From Auanema rhodensis (taxonomy: Eukaryota; Animalia; Nematoda): DNA of 64,000 nt. This document shows positions 10,948 to 25,658 of this stretch, piece by piece. The stretch covers positions 24,862,001 through 24,926,000 of the forward strand of contig OZ059900.1 of NCBI GenBank assembly GCA_964057225.1. The letters run 5' to 3'. Position numbers and translations under genes: made by a program. Below the pieces are notes generated by a model. The model worked only from the letters and a program-made list of their open reading frames with translations, did not search any database and was not told the origin of the DNA. Within the stretch, counting starts at the first letter, position 1. The number at the start of each line of letters is the position of its first letter.

Positions 10948-13900
10948 ATGCTAATTTCCTAAATTTTCTAACCCCTGTTTTTTTGTCGTGAAAGTGGAAC
11001 TAGACGTTGTACAAACAATTTTGAGCTAGGTTTCATTGACATTGCATGAGTTTGAACACATGAAATCGTAAGTCAAAACCTTGTTTACAGCGAAATTTCC
11101 AAAAACTGGTTTTCCAGCATAATAAAATATTTCTCATGGGAAATACTGTGTTTTTGTATTTTTCTAGTGTTCAGCATGTAAAATACTTCATTTAAGTATG
11201 TAACACGCTGAAATTCGTTGCATTTGACGACTCATATGAACAAAAATCGATTTAATCAATATTAGCCATAAGGAGCGTGCCCTCAGAATATGCTAATTTC
11301 CTTAATTTTCTAACCCCTGTTTTTTTGTCGTGAAAGTGGAACTAGACGTTGTACAAACAATTTTGAGCTAGGTTTCATTGACATTGCATGAGTTTGAACA
11401 CATGAAATCGTAAGTCAAAACCTTGTTTACAGCGAAATTTCCAAAAACTGGTTTTCCAGCATAATAAAATATTTCTCATGAGAAATACTGTGTTTTTGTA
11501 TTTTTCTAGTGTTCAGCATGTAAAATACTTCATTTTAGTATGTAACACGCTGAAATTCGTTGCATTTGACGACTCATATGAACAAAAATCGATTTAATCA
11601 ATATTAGCCATAAGGGGCGTGCCCTCAGAATATGCTAATTTCCTAAATTTTCTAACCCCTGTTTTTTTGTCGTGAAAGTGGAACTAGACGTTGTACGAAC
11701 AATTTTGAGCTAGGTTTCATTGACATTGCATGAGTTTGAACACATGAAATCGTAAGTCAAAACCTTGTTTACAGCGAAATTTCCAAAAACTGGTTTTCCA
11801 GCATAATAAAATATTTCTCATGGGAAATACTGTGTTTTTGTATTTTTCTAGTGTTCAGCATGTAAAATACTTCATTTAAGTATGTAACACGCTGAAATTC
11901 GTTGCATTTGACGACTCATATGAACAAAAATCGATTTAATCAATATTAGCCATAAGGGGCGTGCCCTCAGAATATGCTAATTTCCTTAATTTTCTAACCC
12001 CTGTTTTTTTGTCGTGAAAGTGGAACTAGACGTTGTACAAACAATTTTGAGCTAGGTTTCATTGACATTGCATGAGTTTGAACACATGAAATCGTAAGTC
12101 AAAACCTTGTTTACAGCGAAATTTCCAAAAACTGGTTTTCCAGCATAATAAAATATTTCTCATGGGAAATACTGTGTTTTTGTATTTTTCTAGTGTTCAG
12201 CATGTAAAATACTTCATTTAAGTATGTAACACGCTGAAATTCGTTGCATTTGACGACTCATATGAACAGAAATCGATTTAATCAATATTAGCCATAAGGG
12301 GCGTGCCCTCAGAATATGCTAATTTCCTAAATTTTCTAACCCCTGTTTTTTTGTCGTGAAAGTGGAACTAGACGTTGTACAAACAATTTTGAGCTAGGTT
12401 TCATTGACATTGCATGAGTTTGAACACATGAAATCGTAAGTCAAAACCTTGTTTACAGCGAAATTTCCAAAAACTGGTTTTCCAGCATAATAAAATATTT
12501 CTCATGGGAAATACTGTGTTTTTGTATTTTTCTAGTGTTCAGCATGTAAAATACTTCATTTAAGTATGTAACACGCTGAAATTCGTTGCATTTGACGACT
12601 CATATGAACAAAAATCGATTTAATCAATATTAGCCATAAGGAGCGTGCCCTCAGAATATGCTAATTTCCTTAATTTTCTAACCCCTGTTTTTTTGTCGTG
12701 AAAGTGGAACTAGACGTTGTACAAACAATTTTGAGCTAGGTTTCATTGACATTGCATGAGTTTGAACACATGAAATCGTAAGTCAAAACCTTGTTTACAG
12801 CGAAATTTCCAAAAACTGGTTTTCCAGCATAATAAAATATTTCTCATGAGAAATACTGTGTTTTTGTATTTTTCTAGTGTTCAGCATGTAAAATACTTCA
12901 TTTTAGTATGTAACACGCTGAAATTCGTTGCATTTGACGACTCATATGAACAAAAATCGATTTAATCAATATTAGCCATAAGGGGCGTGCCCTCAGAATA
13001 TGCTAATTCCCTAAATTTTCTAACCCCTGTTTTTTTGTCGTGAAAGTGGAACTAGACGTTGTACGAACAATTTTGAGCTAGGTTTCATTGACATTGCAAG
13101 AGTTTGAACACATGAAATCGTAAGTCAAAACCTTGTTTACAGCGAAATTTCCAAAAACTGGTTTTCCAGCATAATAAAATATTTCTCATGGGAAAAACTG
13201 TGTTTTTGTATTTTTCTAGTGTTCAGCATGTAAAATGCTTCCTTTCAGTATGTAACACGCTGAAATTCGTTGCATTTGACGACTCATATGAACAAAAATC
13301 GATTTAATCAATATTAGCCATAAGGGGCGTGCCCTCAGAATATGCTAATTTCCTTAATTTTCTAACCCCTGTTTTTTTGTCGTGAAAGTGGAATTAGACG
13401 TTGTACGAACAATTTTGAGCTAGGTTTCATTGACATTGCAAGAGTTTGAACACATGAAATCGTAAGTCAAAACCTTGTTTACAGCGAAATTTCCAAAAAC
13501 TGGTTTTCCAGCATAATAAAATATTTCTCATGGGAAATACTGTGTTTTTGTATTTTTCTAGTGTTCAGCATGTAAAATACTTCATTTATGTATGTAACAC
13601 GCTGAAATTCGTTGCATTTGACGACTCATATGAACAAAAATCGATTTAATCAATATTAGCCATAAGGGGCGTGCCCTCAGAATATGCTAATTTCCTTAAT
13701 TTTCTAACCCCTGTTTTTTTGTCGTGAAAGTGGAACTAGACGTTGTACAAACAATTTTGAGCTAGGTTTCATTGACATTGCATGAGTTTGAACACATGAA
13801 ATCGTAAGTCAAAACCTTGTTTACAGCGAAATTTCCAAAAACTGGTTTTCCAGCATAATAAAATATTCCTCATGGGAAATACTGTGTTTTTGTATTTTTC

Positions 13901-16900
13901 TAGTGTTCAGCATGTAAAATACTTCATTTAAGTATGTAACACGCTGAAATTCGTTGCATTTGACGACTCATATGAACAGAAATCGATTTAATCAATATTA
14001 GCCATAAGGGGCGTGCCCTCAGAATATGCTAATTTCCTAAATTTTCTAACCCCTGTTTTTTTGTCGTGAAAGTGGAACTAGACGTTGTACAAACAATTTT
14101 GAGCTAGGTTTCATTGACATTGCATGAGTTTGAACACATGAAATCGTAAGTCAAAACCTTGTTTACAGCGAAATTTCCAAAAACTGGTTTTCCAGCATAA
14201 TAAAATATTTCTCATGGGAAATACTGTGTTTTTGTATTTTTCTAGTGTTCAGCATGTAAAATACTTCATTTAAGTATGTAACACGCTGAAATTCGTTGCA
14301 TTTGACGACTCATATGAACAAAAATCGATTTAATCAATATTAGCCATAAGGAGCGTGCCCTCAGAATATGCTAATTTCCTTAATTTTCTAACCCCTGTTT
14401 TTTTGTCGTGAAAGTGGAACTAGACGTTGTACAAACAATTTTGAGCTAGGTTTCATTGACATTGCATGAGTTTGAACACATGAAATCGTAAGTCAAAACC
14501 TTGTTTACAGCGAAATTTCCAAAAACTGGTTTTCCAGCATAATAAAATATTTCTCATGAGAAATACTGTGTTTTTGTATTTTTCTAGTGTTCAGCATGTA
14601 AAATACTTCATTTTAGTATGTAACACGCTGAAATTCGTTGCATTTGACGACTCATATGAACAAAAATCGATTTAATCAATATTAGCCATAAGGGGCGTGC
14701 CCTCAGAATATGCTAATTTCCTAAATTTTCTAACCCCTGTTTTTTTGTCGTGAAAGTGAAACTAGACGTTGTACGAACAATTTTGAGCTAGGTTTCATTG
14801 ACATTGCAAGAGTTTGAACACATGAAATCGTAAGTCAAAACCTTGTTTACAGCGAAATTTCCAAAAACTGGTTTTCCAGCATAATAAAATATTTCTCATG
14901 GGAAAAACTGTGTTTTTGTATTTTTCTAGTGTTCAGCATGTAAAATGCTTCCTTTTAGTATGTAACACGCTGAAATTCGTTGCATTTGACGACTCATATG
15001 AACAAAAATCGATTTAATCAATATTAGCCATAAGGGGCGTGCCCTCAGAATATGCTAATTTCCTTAATATTCTAACCCCTGTTTTTTTTGTCGTGAAAGT
15101 GGAACTAGACGTTGTACAAACAATTTTGAGCTAGGTTTCATTGACATTGCATGAGTTTGAACATATGAAATCGTAAGTCAAAACCTTGTTTACAGCGAAA
15201 TTTCCAAAAACTGGTTTTCCAGCATAATAAAATATTTCTCATGGGAAATACTGTGTTTTTGTATTTTTTTAGTGTTCAGCATGTAAAATGCTTCATTTTA
15301 GTATGTAACACGCTGAAATTCGTTGCATTTGACGACTCATATGAACAAAAATCGATTTAATCAATATTAGCCATAAGGGGCGTGCCCTCAGAATATGCTA
15401 ATTTCCTTAATTTTCTAACCCCTGTTTTTTGTCGTGAAAGTGGAACTAGACGTTGTAGGAACAATTTTGAGCTAGGTTTCATTGACATTGCATGAGTTTG
15501 AACACATGAAATCGTAAGTCAAAACCTTGTTTACAGCGAAATTTCCAAAAACTGGTTTTCCAGCATAATAAAATATTTCTCTTGGGAAATACTGTGTTTT
15601 TGTATTTTTCTAGTGTTCAGCATGTAAAATACTTCATTTAAGTATGTAACACGCTGAAATTCGTTGCATTTGACGACTCATATGAACAAAAATCGATTTA
15701 ATCAATATTAGCCATAAGGGGCGTGCCCTCAGAATATGCTAATTCCCTTAATTTTCTAACCCCTGTTTTTTTGTCGTGAAAGTGGAACTAGACGTTGTAC
15801 GAACAATTTTGAGCTAGGTTTCATTGACATTGCATGAGTTTGAACACATGAAATCGTAAGTCAAAACCTTGTTTACAGCGAAATTTCCAAAAACTGGTTT
15901 TCCAGCATAATAAAATATTTCTCATGGGAAATACTGTGTTTTTGTATTTTTCTAGTGTTCAGCATGTAAAATACTTCATTTAAGTATGTAACACGCTGAA
16001 ATTCGTTGCATTTGACGACTCATATGAACAAAAATCGATTTAATCAATATTAGCCATAAGGAGCGTGCCCTCAGAATATGCTAATTTCCTTAATTTTCTA
16101 ACCCCTGTTTTTTTGTCGTGAATGTGGAACTAGACGTTGTACAAACAATTTTGAGCTAGGTTTCATTGACATTGCATGAGTTTGAACACATGAAATCGTA
16201 AGTCAAAACCTTGTTTACAGCGAAATTTCCAAAAACTGGTTTTCCAGCATAATAAAATATTTCTCATGAGAAATACTGTGTTTTTGTATTTTTCTAGTGT
16301 TCAGCATGTAAAATACTTCATTTTAGTATGTAACACGCTGAAATTCGTTGCATTTGACGACTCATATGAACAAAAATCGATTTAATCAATATTAGCCATA
16401 AGGGGCGTGCCCTCAGAATATGCTAATTTCCTAAATTTTCTAACCCCTGTTTTTTTGTCGTGAAAGTGGAACTAGACGTTGTACGAACAATTTTGAGCTA
16501 GGTTTCATTGACATTGCAAGAGTTTGAACACATGAAATCGTAAGTCAAAACCTTGTTTACAGCGAAATTTCCAAAAACTGGTTTTCCAGCATAATAAAAT
16601 ATTTCTCATGGGAAAAACTGTGTTTTTGTATTTTTCTAGTGTTCAGCATGTAAAATGCTTCCTTTTAGTATGTAACACGCTGAAATTCGTTGCATTTGAC
16701 GACTCATATGAACAAAAATCGATTTAATCAATATTAGCCATAAGGGGCGTGCCCTCAGAATATGCTAATTTCCTTAATATTCTAACCCCTGTTTTTTTTG
16801 TCGTGAAAGTGGAACTAGACGTTGTACAAACAATTTTGAGCTAGGTTTCATTGACATTGCATGAGTTTGAACATATGAAATCGTAAGTCAAAACCTTGTT

Positions 16901-17445
16901 TACAGCGAAATTTCCAAAAACTGGTTTTCCAGCATAATAAAATATTTCTCATGGGAAATACTGTGTTTTTGTATTTTTTTAGTGTTCAGCATGTAAAATG
17001 CTTCATTTTAGTATGTAACACGCTGAAATTCGTTGCATTTGACGACTCATATGAACAAAAATCGATTTAATCAATATTAGCCATAAGGGGCGTGCCCTCA
17101 GAATATGCTAATTTCCTTAATTTTCTAACCCCTGTTTTTTGTCGTGAAAGTGGAACTAGACGTTGTAGGAACAATTTTGAGCTAGGTTTCATTGACATTG
17201 CATGAGTTTGAACACATGAAATCGTAAGTCAAAACCTTGTTTACAGCGAAATTTCCAAAAACTGGTTTTCCAGCATAATAAAATATTTCTCTTGGGAAAT
17301 ACTGTGTTTTTGTATTTTTCTAGTGTTCAGCATGTAAAATACTTCATTTAAGTATGTAACACGCTGAAATTCGTTGCATTTGACGACTCATATGAACAAA
17401 AATCGATTTAATCAATATTAGCCATAAGGGGCGTGCCCTCAGAAT
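10606..17445. repeat. Sub-domain with 4- to 5-monomer higher-order units
   Basis: The triplet I (CAGAAA) - J (CCTAAA..GGAGC) - K (GAGA+TAC) starts at 10606, 11974 and 13684. The run K - L (GCAAG, CCTTT) - M (AATATTC, T8, CATATG) - F (GTAGG) starts at 14368 and 16078, an offset of 1710. Confidence 0.8.
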
Positions 17446-20400
17446 ATGCTAATTCCCTTAATTTTCTAACCCCTGTTTTTTTGTCGTGAAAGTGGAACTA
17501 GACGTTGTACGAACAATTTTGAGCTAGGTTTCATTGACATTGCATGAGTTTGAACACATGAAATCGTAAGTCAAAACCTTGTTTACAGCGAAATTTCCAA
17601 AAACTGGTTTTCCAGCATAATAAAATATTTCTCATGGGAAATACTGTGTTTTTGTATTTTTCTAGTGTTCAGCATGTAAAATGGTTCATTTTAGTGTATG
17701 TAACACGCTGAAATTCGTTGCATTTGACGACTCATATGAACAAAAATCGATTTAATCAATATTAGCCATAAGGGGCGTGCCCTCAGAATATGCTAATTTC
17801 CTTAATTTTCTAACCCCTGTTTTTTTGTCGTGAAAGTGGAACTAGACGTTGTACGAACAATTTTGAGCTAGGTTTCATTGACATTGCATGAGTTTGAACA
17901 CATGAAATCGTAAGTCAAAACCTTGTTTACAGCGAAATTTCCAAAAACTGGTTTTCCAGCATAATAAAATATTTCTCATGGGAAATACTGTGTTTTTGTA
18001 TTTTTCTAGTGTTCAGCATGTAAAATACTTCATTTAAGTATGTAACACGCTGAAATTCGTTGCATTTGACGACTCATATGAACAAAAATCGATTTAATCA
18101 ATATTAGCCATAAGGGGCGTGCCCTCAGAATATGCTAATTTCCTAAATTTTCTAACCCCTGTTTTTTTGTCGTGAAAGTGGAACTAGACGTTGTACGAAC
18201 AATTTTGAGCTAGGTTTCATTGACATTGCATGAGTTTGAACACATGAAATCGTATATCAAACCTTGTTTACAGCGAAATTTCCAAAAACTGGTTTTCCAG
18301 CATAATAAAATATTTCTCATGGGAAATACTGTGTTTTTGTATTTTTCTAGTGTTCAGCATGTAAAATGGTTCATTTTAGTGTATGTAACACGCTGAAATT
18401 CGTTGCATTTGACGACTCATATGAACAAAAATCGATTTAATCAATATTAGCCATAAGGGGCGTGCCCTCAGAATATGCTAATTTCCTTAATTTTCTAACC
18501 CCTGTTTTTTTGTCGTGAAAGTGGAACTAGACGTTGTACGAACAATTTTGAGCTAGGTTTCATTGACATTGCATGAGTTTGAACACATGAAATCGTAAGT
18601 CAAAACCTTGTTTACAGCGAAATTTCCAAAAACTGGTTTTCCAGCATAATAAAATATTTCTCATGGGAAATACTGTGTTTTTGTATTTTTCTAGTGTTCA
18701 GCATGTAAAATACTTCATTTAAGTATGTAACACGCTGAAATTCGTTGCATTTGACGACTCATATGAACAAAAATCGATTTAATCAATATTAGCCATAAGG
18801 GGCGTGCCCTCAGAATATGCTAATTTCCTAAATTTTCTAACCCCTGTTTTTTTGTCGTGAAAGTGGAACTAGACGTTGTACGAACAATTTTGAGCTAGGT
18901 TTCATTGACATTGCATGAGTTTGAACACATGAAATCGTATATCAAACCTTGTTTACAGCGAAATTTCCAAAAACTGGTTTTCCAGCATAATAAAATATTT
19001 CTCATGGGAAATACTGTGTTTTTGTATTTTTCTAGTGTTCAGCATGTAAAATGGTTCATTTTAGTGTATGTAACACGCTGAAATTCGTTGCATTTGACGA
19101 CTCATATGAACAAAAATCGATTTAATCAATATTAGCCATAAGGGGCGTGCCCTCAGAATATGCTAATTTCCTTAATTTTCTAACCCCTGTTTTTTTGTCG
19201 TGAAAGTGGAACTAGACGTTGTACGAACAATTTTGAGCTAGGTTTCATTGACATTGCATGAGTTTGAACACATGAAATCGTAAGTCAAAACCTTGTTTAC
19301 AGCGAAATTTCCAAAAACTGGTTTTCCAGCATAATAAAATATTTCTCATGGGAAATACTGTGTTTTTGTATTTTTCTAGTGTTCAGCATGTAAAATACTT
19401 CATTTAAGTATGTAACACGCTGAAATTCGTTGCATTTGACGACTCATATGAACAAAAATCGATTTAATCAATATTAGCCATAAGGGGCGTGCCCTCAGAA
19501 TATGCTAATTTCCTAAATTTTCTAACCCCTGTTTTTTTGTCGTGAAAGTGGAACTAGACGTTGTACGAACAATTTTGAGCTAGGTTTCATTGACATTGCA
19601 TGAGTTTGAACACATGAAATCGTATATCAAACCTTGTTTACAGCGAAATTTCCAAAAACTGGTTTTCCAGCATAATAAAATATTTCTCATGGGAAATACT
19701 GTGTTTTTGTATTTTTCTAGTGTTCAGCATGTAAAATGCTTCATTTTAGTATGTAACACGCTGAAATTCGTTGCATTTGACGACTCATATGAACAAAAAT
19801 CGATTTAATCAATATTAGCCATAAGGGGCGTGCCCTCAGAATATGCTAATTTCCTTAATATTCTAACCCCTGTTTTTTTGTCGTGAAAGTGGAACTAGAC
19901 GTTGTACAAACAATTTTGAGCTAGGTTTCATTGACATTGCATGAGTTTGAACATATGAAATCGTAAGTCAAAACCTTGTTTACAGCGAAATTTCCAAAAA
20001 CTGGTTTTCCAGCATAATAAAATATTTCTCATGGGAAATACTGTGTTTTTGTATTTTTTTAGTGTTCAGCATGTAAAATGCTTCATTTTAGTATGTAACA
20101 CGCTGAAATTCGTTGCATTTGACGACTCATATGAACAAAAATCGATTTAATCAATATTAGCCATAAGGGGCGTGCCCTCAGAATATGCTAATTTCCTTAA
20201 TTTTCTAACCCCTGTTTTTTGTCGTGAAAGTGGAACTAGACGTTGTAGGAACAATTTTGAGCTAGGTTTCATTGACATTGCATGAGTTTGAACACATGAA
20301 ATCGTAAGTCAAAACCTTGTTTACAGCGAAATTTCCAAAAACTGGTTTTCCAGCATAATAAAATATTTCTCTTGGGAAATACTGTGTTTTTGTATTTTTC

Positions 20401-23400
20401 TAGTGTTCAGCATGTAAAATACTTCATTTAAGTATGTAACACGCTGAAATTCGTTGCATTTGACGACTCATATGAACAAAAATCGATTTAATCAATATTA
20501 GCCATAAGGGGCGTGCCCTCAGAATATGCTAATTCCCTTAATTTTCTAACCCCTGTTTTTTTGTCGTGAAAGTGGAACTAGACGTTGTACGAACAATTTT
20601 GAGCTAGGTTTCATTGACATTGCATGAGTTTGAACACATGAAATCGTAAGTCAAAACCTTGTTTACAGCGAAATTTCCAAAAACTGGTTTTCCAGCATAA
20701 TAAAATATTTCTCATGGGAAATACTGTGTTTTTGTATTTTTCTAGTGTTCAGCATGTAAAATGGTTCATTTTAGTGTATGTAACACGCTGAAATTCGTTG
20801 CATTTGACGACTCATATGAACAAAAATCGATTTAATCAATATTAGCCATAAGGGGCGTGCCCTCAGAATATGCTAATTTCCTTAATTTTCTAACCCCTGT
20901 TTTTTTGTCGTGAAAGTGGAACTAGACGTTGTACGAACAATTTTGAGCTAGGTTTCATTGACATTGCATGAGTTTGAACACATGAAATCGTAAGTCAAAA
21001 CCTTGTTTACAGCGAAATTTCCAAAAACTGGTTTTCCAGCATAATAAAATATTTCTCATGGGAAATACTGTGTTTTTGTATTTTTCTAGTGTTCAGCATG
21101 TAAAATACTTCATTTAAGTATGTAACACGCTGAAATTCGTTGCATTTGACGACTCATATGAACAAAAATCGATTTAATCAATATTAGCCATAAGGGGCGT
21201 GCCCTCAGAATATGCTAATTTCCTAAATTTTCTAACCCCTGTTTTTTTGTCGTGAAAGTGGAACTAGACGTTGTACGAACAATTTTGAGCTAGGTTTCAT
21301 TGACATTGCATGAGTTTGAACACATGAAATCGTATATCAAACCTTGTTTACAGCGAAATTTCCAAAAACTGGTTTTCCAGCATAATAAAATATTTCTCAT
21401 GGGAAATACTGTGTTTTTGTATTTTTCTAGTGTTCAGCATGTAAAATGGTTCATTTTAGTGTATGTAACACGCTGAAATTCGTTGCATTTGACGACTCAT
21501 ATGAACAAAAATCGATTTAATCAATATTAGCCATAAGGGGCGTGCCCTCAGAATATGCTAATTTCCTTAATTTTCTAACCCCTGTTTTTTTGTCGTGAAA
21601 GTGGAACTAGACGTTGTACGAACAATTTTGAGCTAGGTTTCATTGACATTGCATGAGTTTGAACACATGAAATCGTAAGTCAAAACCTTGTTTACAGCGA
21701 AATTTCCAAAAACTGGTTTTCCAGCATAATAAAATATTTCTCATGGGAAATACTGTGTTTTTGTATTTTTCTAGTGTTCAGCATGTAAAATACTTCACTT
21801 AAGTATGTAACACGCTGAAATTCGTTGCATTTGACGACTCATATGAACAAAAATCGATTTAATCAATATTAGCCATAAGGGGCGTGCCCTCAGAATATGC
21901 TAATTTCCTAAATTTTCTAACCCCTGTTTTTTTGTCGTGAAAGTGGAACTAGACGTTGTACGAACAATTTTGAGCTAGGTTTCATTGACATTGCATGAGT
22001 TTGAACACATGAAATCGTATATCAAACCTTGTTTACAGCGAAATTTCCAAAAACTGGTTTTCCAGCATAATAAAATATTTCTCATGGGAAATACTGTGTT
22101 TTTGTATTTTTCTAGTGTTCAGCATGTAAAATGGTTCATTTTAGTGTATGTAACACGCTGAAATTCGTTGCATTTGACGACTCATATGAACAAAAATCGA
22201 TTTAATCAATATTAGCCATAAGGGGCGTGCCCTCAGAATATGCTAATTTCCTTAATTTTCTAACCCCTGTTTTTTTGTCGTGAAAGTGGAACTAGACGTT
22301 GTACGAACAATTTTGAGCTAGGTTTCATTGACATTGCATGAGTTTGAACACATGAAATCGTAAGTCAAAACCTTGTTTACAGCGAAATTTCCAAAAACTG
22401 GTTTTCCAGCATAATAAAATATTTCTCATGGGAAATACTGTGTTTTTGTATTTTTCTAGTGTTCAGCATGTAAAATACTTCATTTAAGTATGTAACACGC
22501 TGAAATTCGTTGCATTTGACGACTCATATGAACAAAAATCGATTTAATCAATATTAGCCATAAGGGGCGTGCCCTCAGAATATGCTAATTTCCTAAATTT
22601 TCTAACCCCTGTTTTTTTGTCGTGAAAGTGGAACTAGACGTTGTACGAACAATTTTGAGCTAGGTTTCATTGACATTGCATGAGTTTGAACACATGAAAT
22701 CGTATATCAAACCTTGTTTACAGCGAAATTTCCAAAAACTGGTTTTCCAGCATAATAAAATATTTCTCATGGGAAATACTGTGTTTTTGTATTTTTCTAG
22801 TGTTCAGCATGTAAAATACTTCATTTAAGTATGTAACACGCTGAAATTCGTTGCATTTGACGACTCATATGAACAAAAATCGATTTAATCAATATTAGCC
22901 ATAAGGGGCGTGCCCTCAGAATATGCTAATTTCCTAAATTTTCTAACCCCTGTTTTTTTGTCGTGAAAGTGGAACTAGACGTTGTACGAACAATTTTGAG
23001 CTAGGTTTCATTGACATTGCATGAGTTTGAACACATGAAATCGTATATCAAACCTTGTTTACAGCGAAATTTCCAAAAACTGGTTTTCCAGCATAATAAA
23101 ATATTTCTCATGGGAAATACTGTGTTTTTGTATTTTTCTAGTGTTCAGCATGTAAAATGCTTCATTTTAGTATGTAACACGCTGAAATTCGTTGCATTTG
23201 ACGACTCATATGAACAAAAATCGATTTAATCAATATTAGCCATAAGGGGCGTGCCCTCAGAATATGCTAATTTCCTTAATATTCTAACCCCTGTTTTTTT
23301 GTCGTGAAAGTGGAACTAGACGTTGTACAAACAATTTTGAGCTAGGTTTCATTGACATTGCATGAGTTTGAACATATGAAATCGTAAGTCAAAACCTTGT

Positions 23401-25658
23401 TTACAGCGAAATTTCCAAAAACTGGTTTTCCAGCATAATAAAATATTTCTCATGGGAAATACTGTGTTTTTGTATTTTTTTAGTGTTCAGCATGTAAAAT
23501 GCTTCATTTTAGTATGTAACACGCTGAAATTCGTTGCATTTGACGACTCATATGAACAAAAATCGATTTAATCAATATTAGCCATAAGGGGCGTGCCCTC
23601 AGAATATGCTAATTTCCTTAATTTTCTAACCCCTGTTTTTTGTCGTGAAAGTGGAACTAGACGTTGTAGGAACAATTTTGAGCTAGGTTTCATTGACATT
23701 GCATGAGTTTGAACACATGAAATCGTAAGTCAAAACCTTGTTTACAGCGAAATTTCCAAAAACTGGTTTTCCAGCATAATAAAATATTTCTCTTGGGAAA
23801 TACTGTGTTTTTGTATTTTTCTAGTGTTCAGCATGTAAAATACTTCATTTAAGTATGTAACACGCTGAAATTCGTTGCATTTGACGACTCATATGAACAA
23901 AAATCGATTTAATCAATATTAGCCATAAGGGGCGTGCCCTCAGAATATGCTAATTCCCTTAATTTTCTAACCCCTGTTTTTTTGTCGTGAAAGTGGAACT
24001 AGACGTTGTACGAACAATTTTGAGCTAGGTTTCATTGACATTGCATGAGTTTGAACACATGAAATCGTAAGTCAAAACCTTGTTTACAGCGAAATTTCCA
24101 AAAACTGGTTTTCCAGCATAATAAAATATTTCTCATGGGAAATACTGTGTTTTTGTATTTTTCTAGTGTTCAGCATGTAAAATGGTTCATTTTAGTGTAT
24201 GTAACACGCTGAAATTCGTTGCATTTGACGACTCATATGAACAAAAATCGATTTAATCAATATTAGCCATAAGGGGCGTGCCCTCAGAATATGCTAATTT
24301 CCTTAATTTTCTAACCCCTGTTTTTTTGTCGTGAAAGTGGAACTAGACGTTGTACGAACAATTTTGAGCTAGGTTTCATTGACATTGCATGAGTTTGAAC
24401 ACATGAAATCGTAAGTCAAAACCTTGTTTACAGCGAAATTTCCAAAAACTGGTTTTCCAGCATAATAAAATATTTCTCATGGGAAATACTGTGTTTTTGT
24501 ATTTTTCTAGTGTTCAGCATGTAAAATACTTTATTTAAGTATGTAACACGCTGAAATTCGTTGCATTTGACGACTCATATGAACAAAAATCGATTTAATC
24601 AATATTAGCCATAAGGGGCGTGCCCTCAGAATATGCTAATTTCCTAAATTTTCTAACCCCTGTTTTTTTGTCGTGAAAGTGGAACTAGACGTTGTACGAA
24701 CAATTTTGAGCTAGGTTTCATTGACATTGCATGAGTTTGAACACATGAAATCGTATATCAAACTTTGTTTACAGCGAAATTTCCAAAAACTGGTTTTCCA
24801 GCATAATAAAATATTTCTCATGGGGAATACTGTGTTTTTGTATTTTTCTAGTGTTCAGCATGTAAAATGGTTCATTTTAGTGTATGTAACACGCTGAAAT
24901 TCGTTGCATTTGACGACTCATATGAACAAAAATCGATTTAATCAATATTAGCCATAAGGGGCGTGCCCTCAGAATATGCTAATTTCCTTAATTTTCTAAC
25001 CCCTGTTTTTTTGTCGTGAAAGTGGAACTAGACGTTGTACGAACAATTTTGAGCTAGGTTTCATTGACATTGCATGAGTTTGAACACATGAAATCGTAAG
25101 TCAAAACCTTGTTTACAGCGAAATTTCCAAAAACTGGTTTTCCAGCATAATAAAATATTTCTCATGGGAAATACTGTGTTTTTGTATTTTTCTAGTGTTC
25201 AGCATGTAAAATACTTCATTTAAGTATGTAACACGCTGAAATTCGTTGCATTTGACGACTCATATGAACAAAAATCGATTTAATCAATATTAGCCATAAG
25301 GGGCGTGCCCTCAGAATATGCTAATTTCCTAAATTTTCTAACCCCTGTTTTTTTGTCGTGAAAGTGGAACTAGACGTTGTACAAACAATTTTGAGCTAGG
25401 TTTCATTGACATTGCATGAGTTTGAACACATGAAATCGTATATCAAACCTTGTTTACAGCGAAATTTCCAAAAACTGGTTTTCCAGCATAATAAAATATT
25501 TCTCATGGGAAATACTGTGTTTTTGTATTTTTCTAGTGTTCAGCATGTAAAATGCTTCATTTTAGTATGTAACACGCTGAAATTCGTTGCATTTGACTAC
25601 TCATATGAACAAAAATCGATTTAATCAATATTAGCCATAAGGGGCGTGCCCTCAGAAT
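16762..25658. repeat. Three copies of a nested higher-order repeat M-F-N-(O-P)n-O-Q (9, 10 and 7 monomers)
   Basis: Units start at 16762, 19843 and 23264, each with the AATATTC monomer followed by the GTAGG monomer. The variant CGTATATCAAA (replacing CGTAAGTCAAAA) is seen in nine monomers, all between 18132 and 25658. Confidence 0.88.

Noticed and set aside
6504-17104. T6/T7/T8 homopolymer length differences as sequencing errors
   Set aside because: The lengths co-segregate with SNP haplotypes (T6 with GTAGG monomers; T8 in both duplicated monomers at 15052 and 16762), so they are mostly real alleles.
19590-19808. 72 aa ORF (also 23011-23229 and 25406-25624) as a real CDS
   Set aside because: It has a TTG start, lies wholly within a satellite monomer, is open in only 3 of 187 copies and has no recognisable domain. 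Its F/K/L-rich composition simply reflects A/T tracts.
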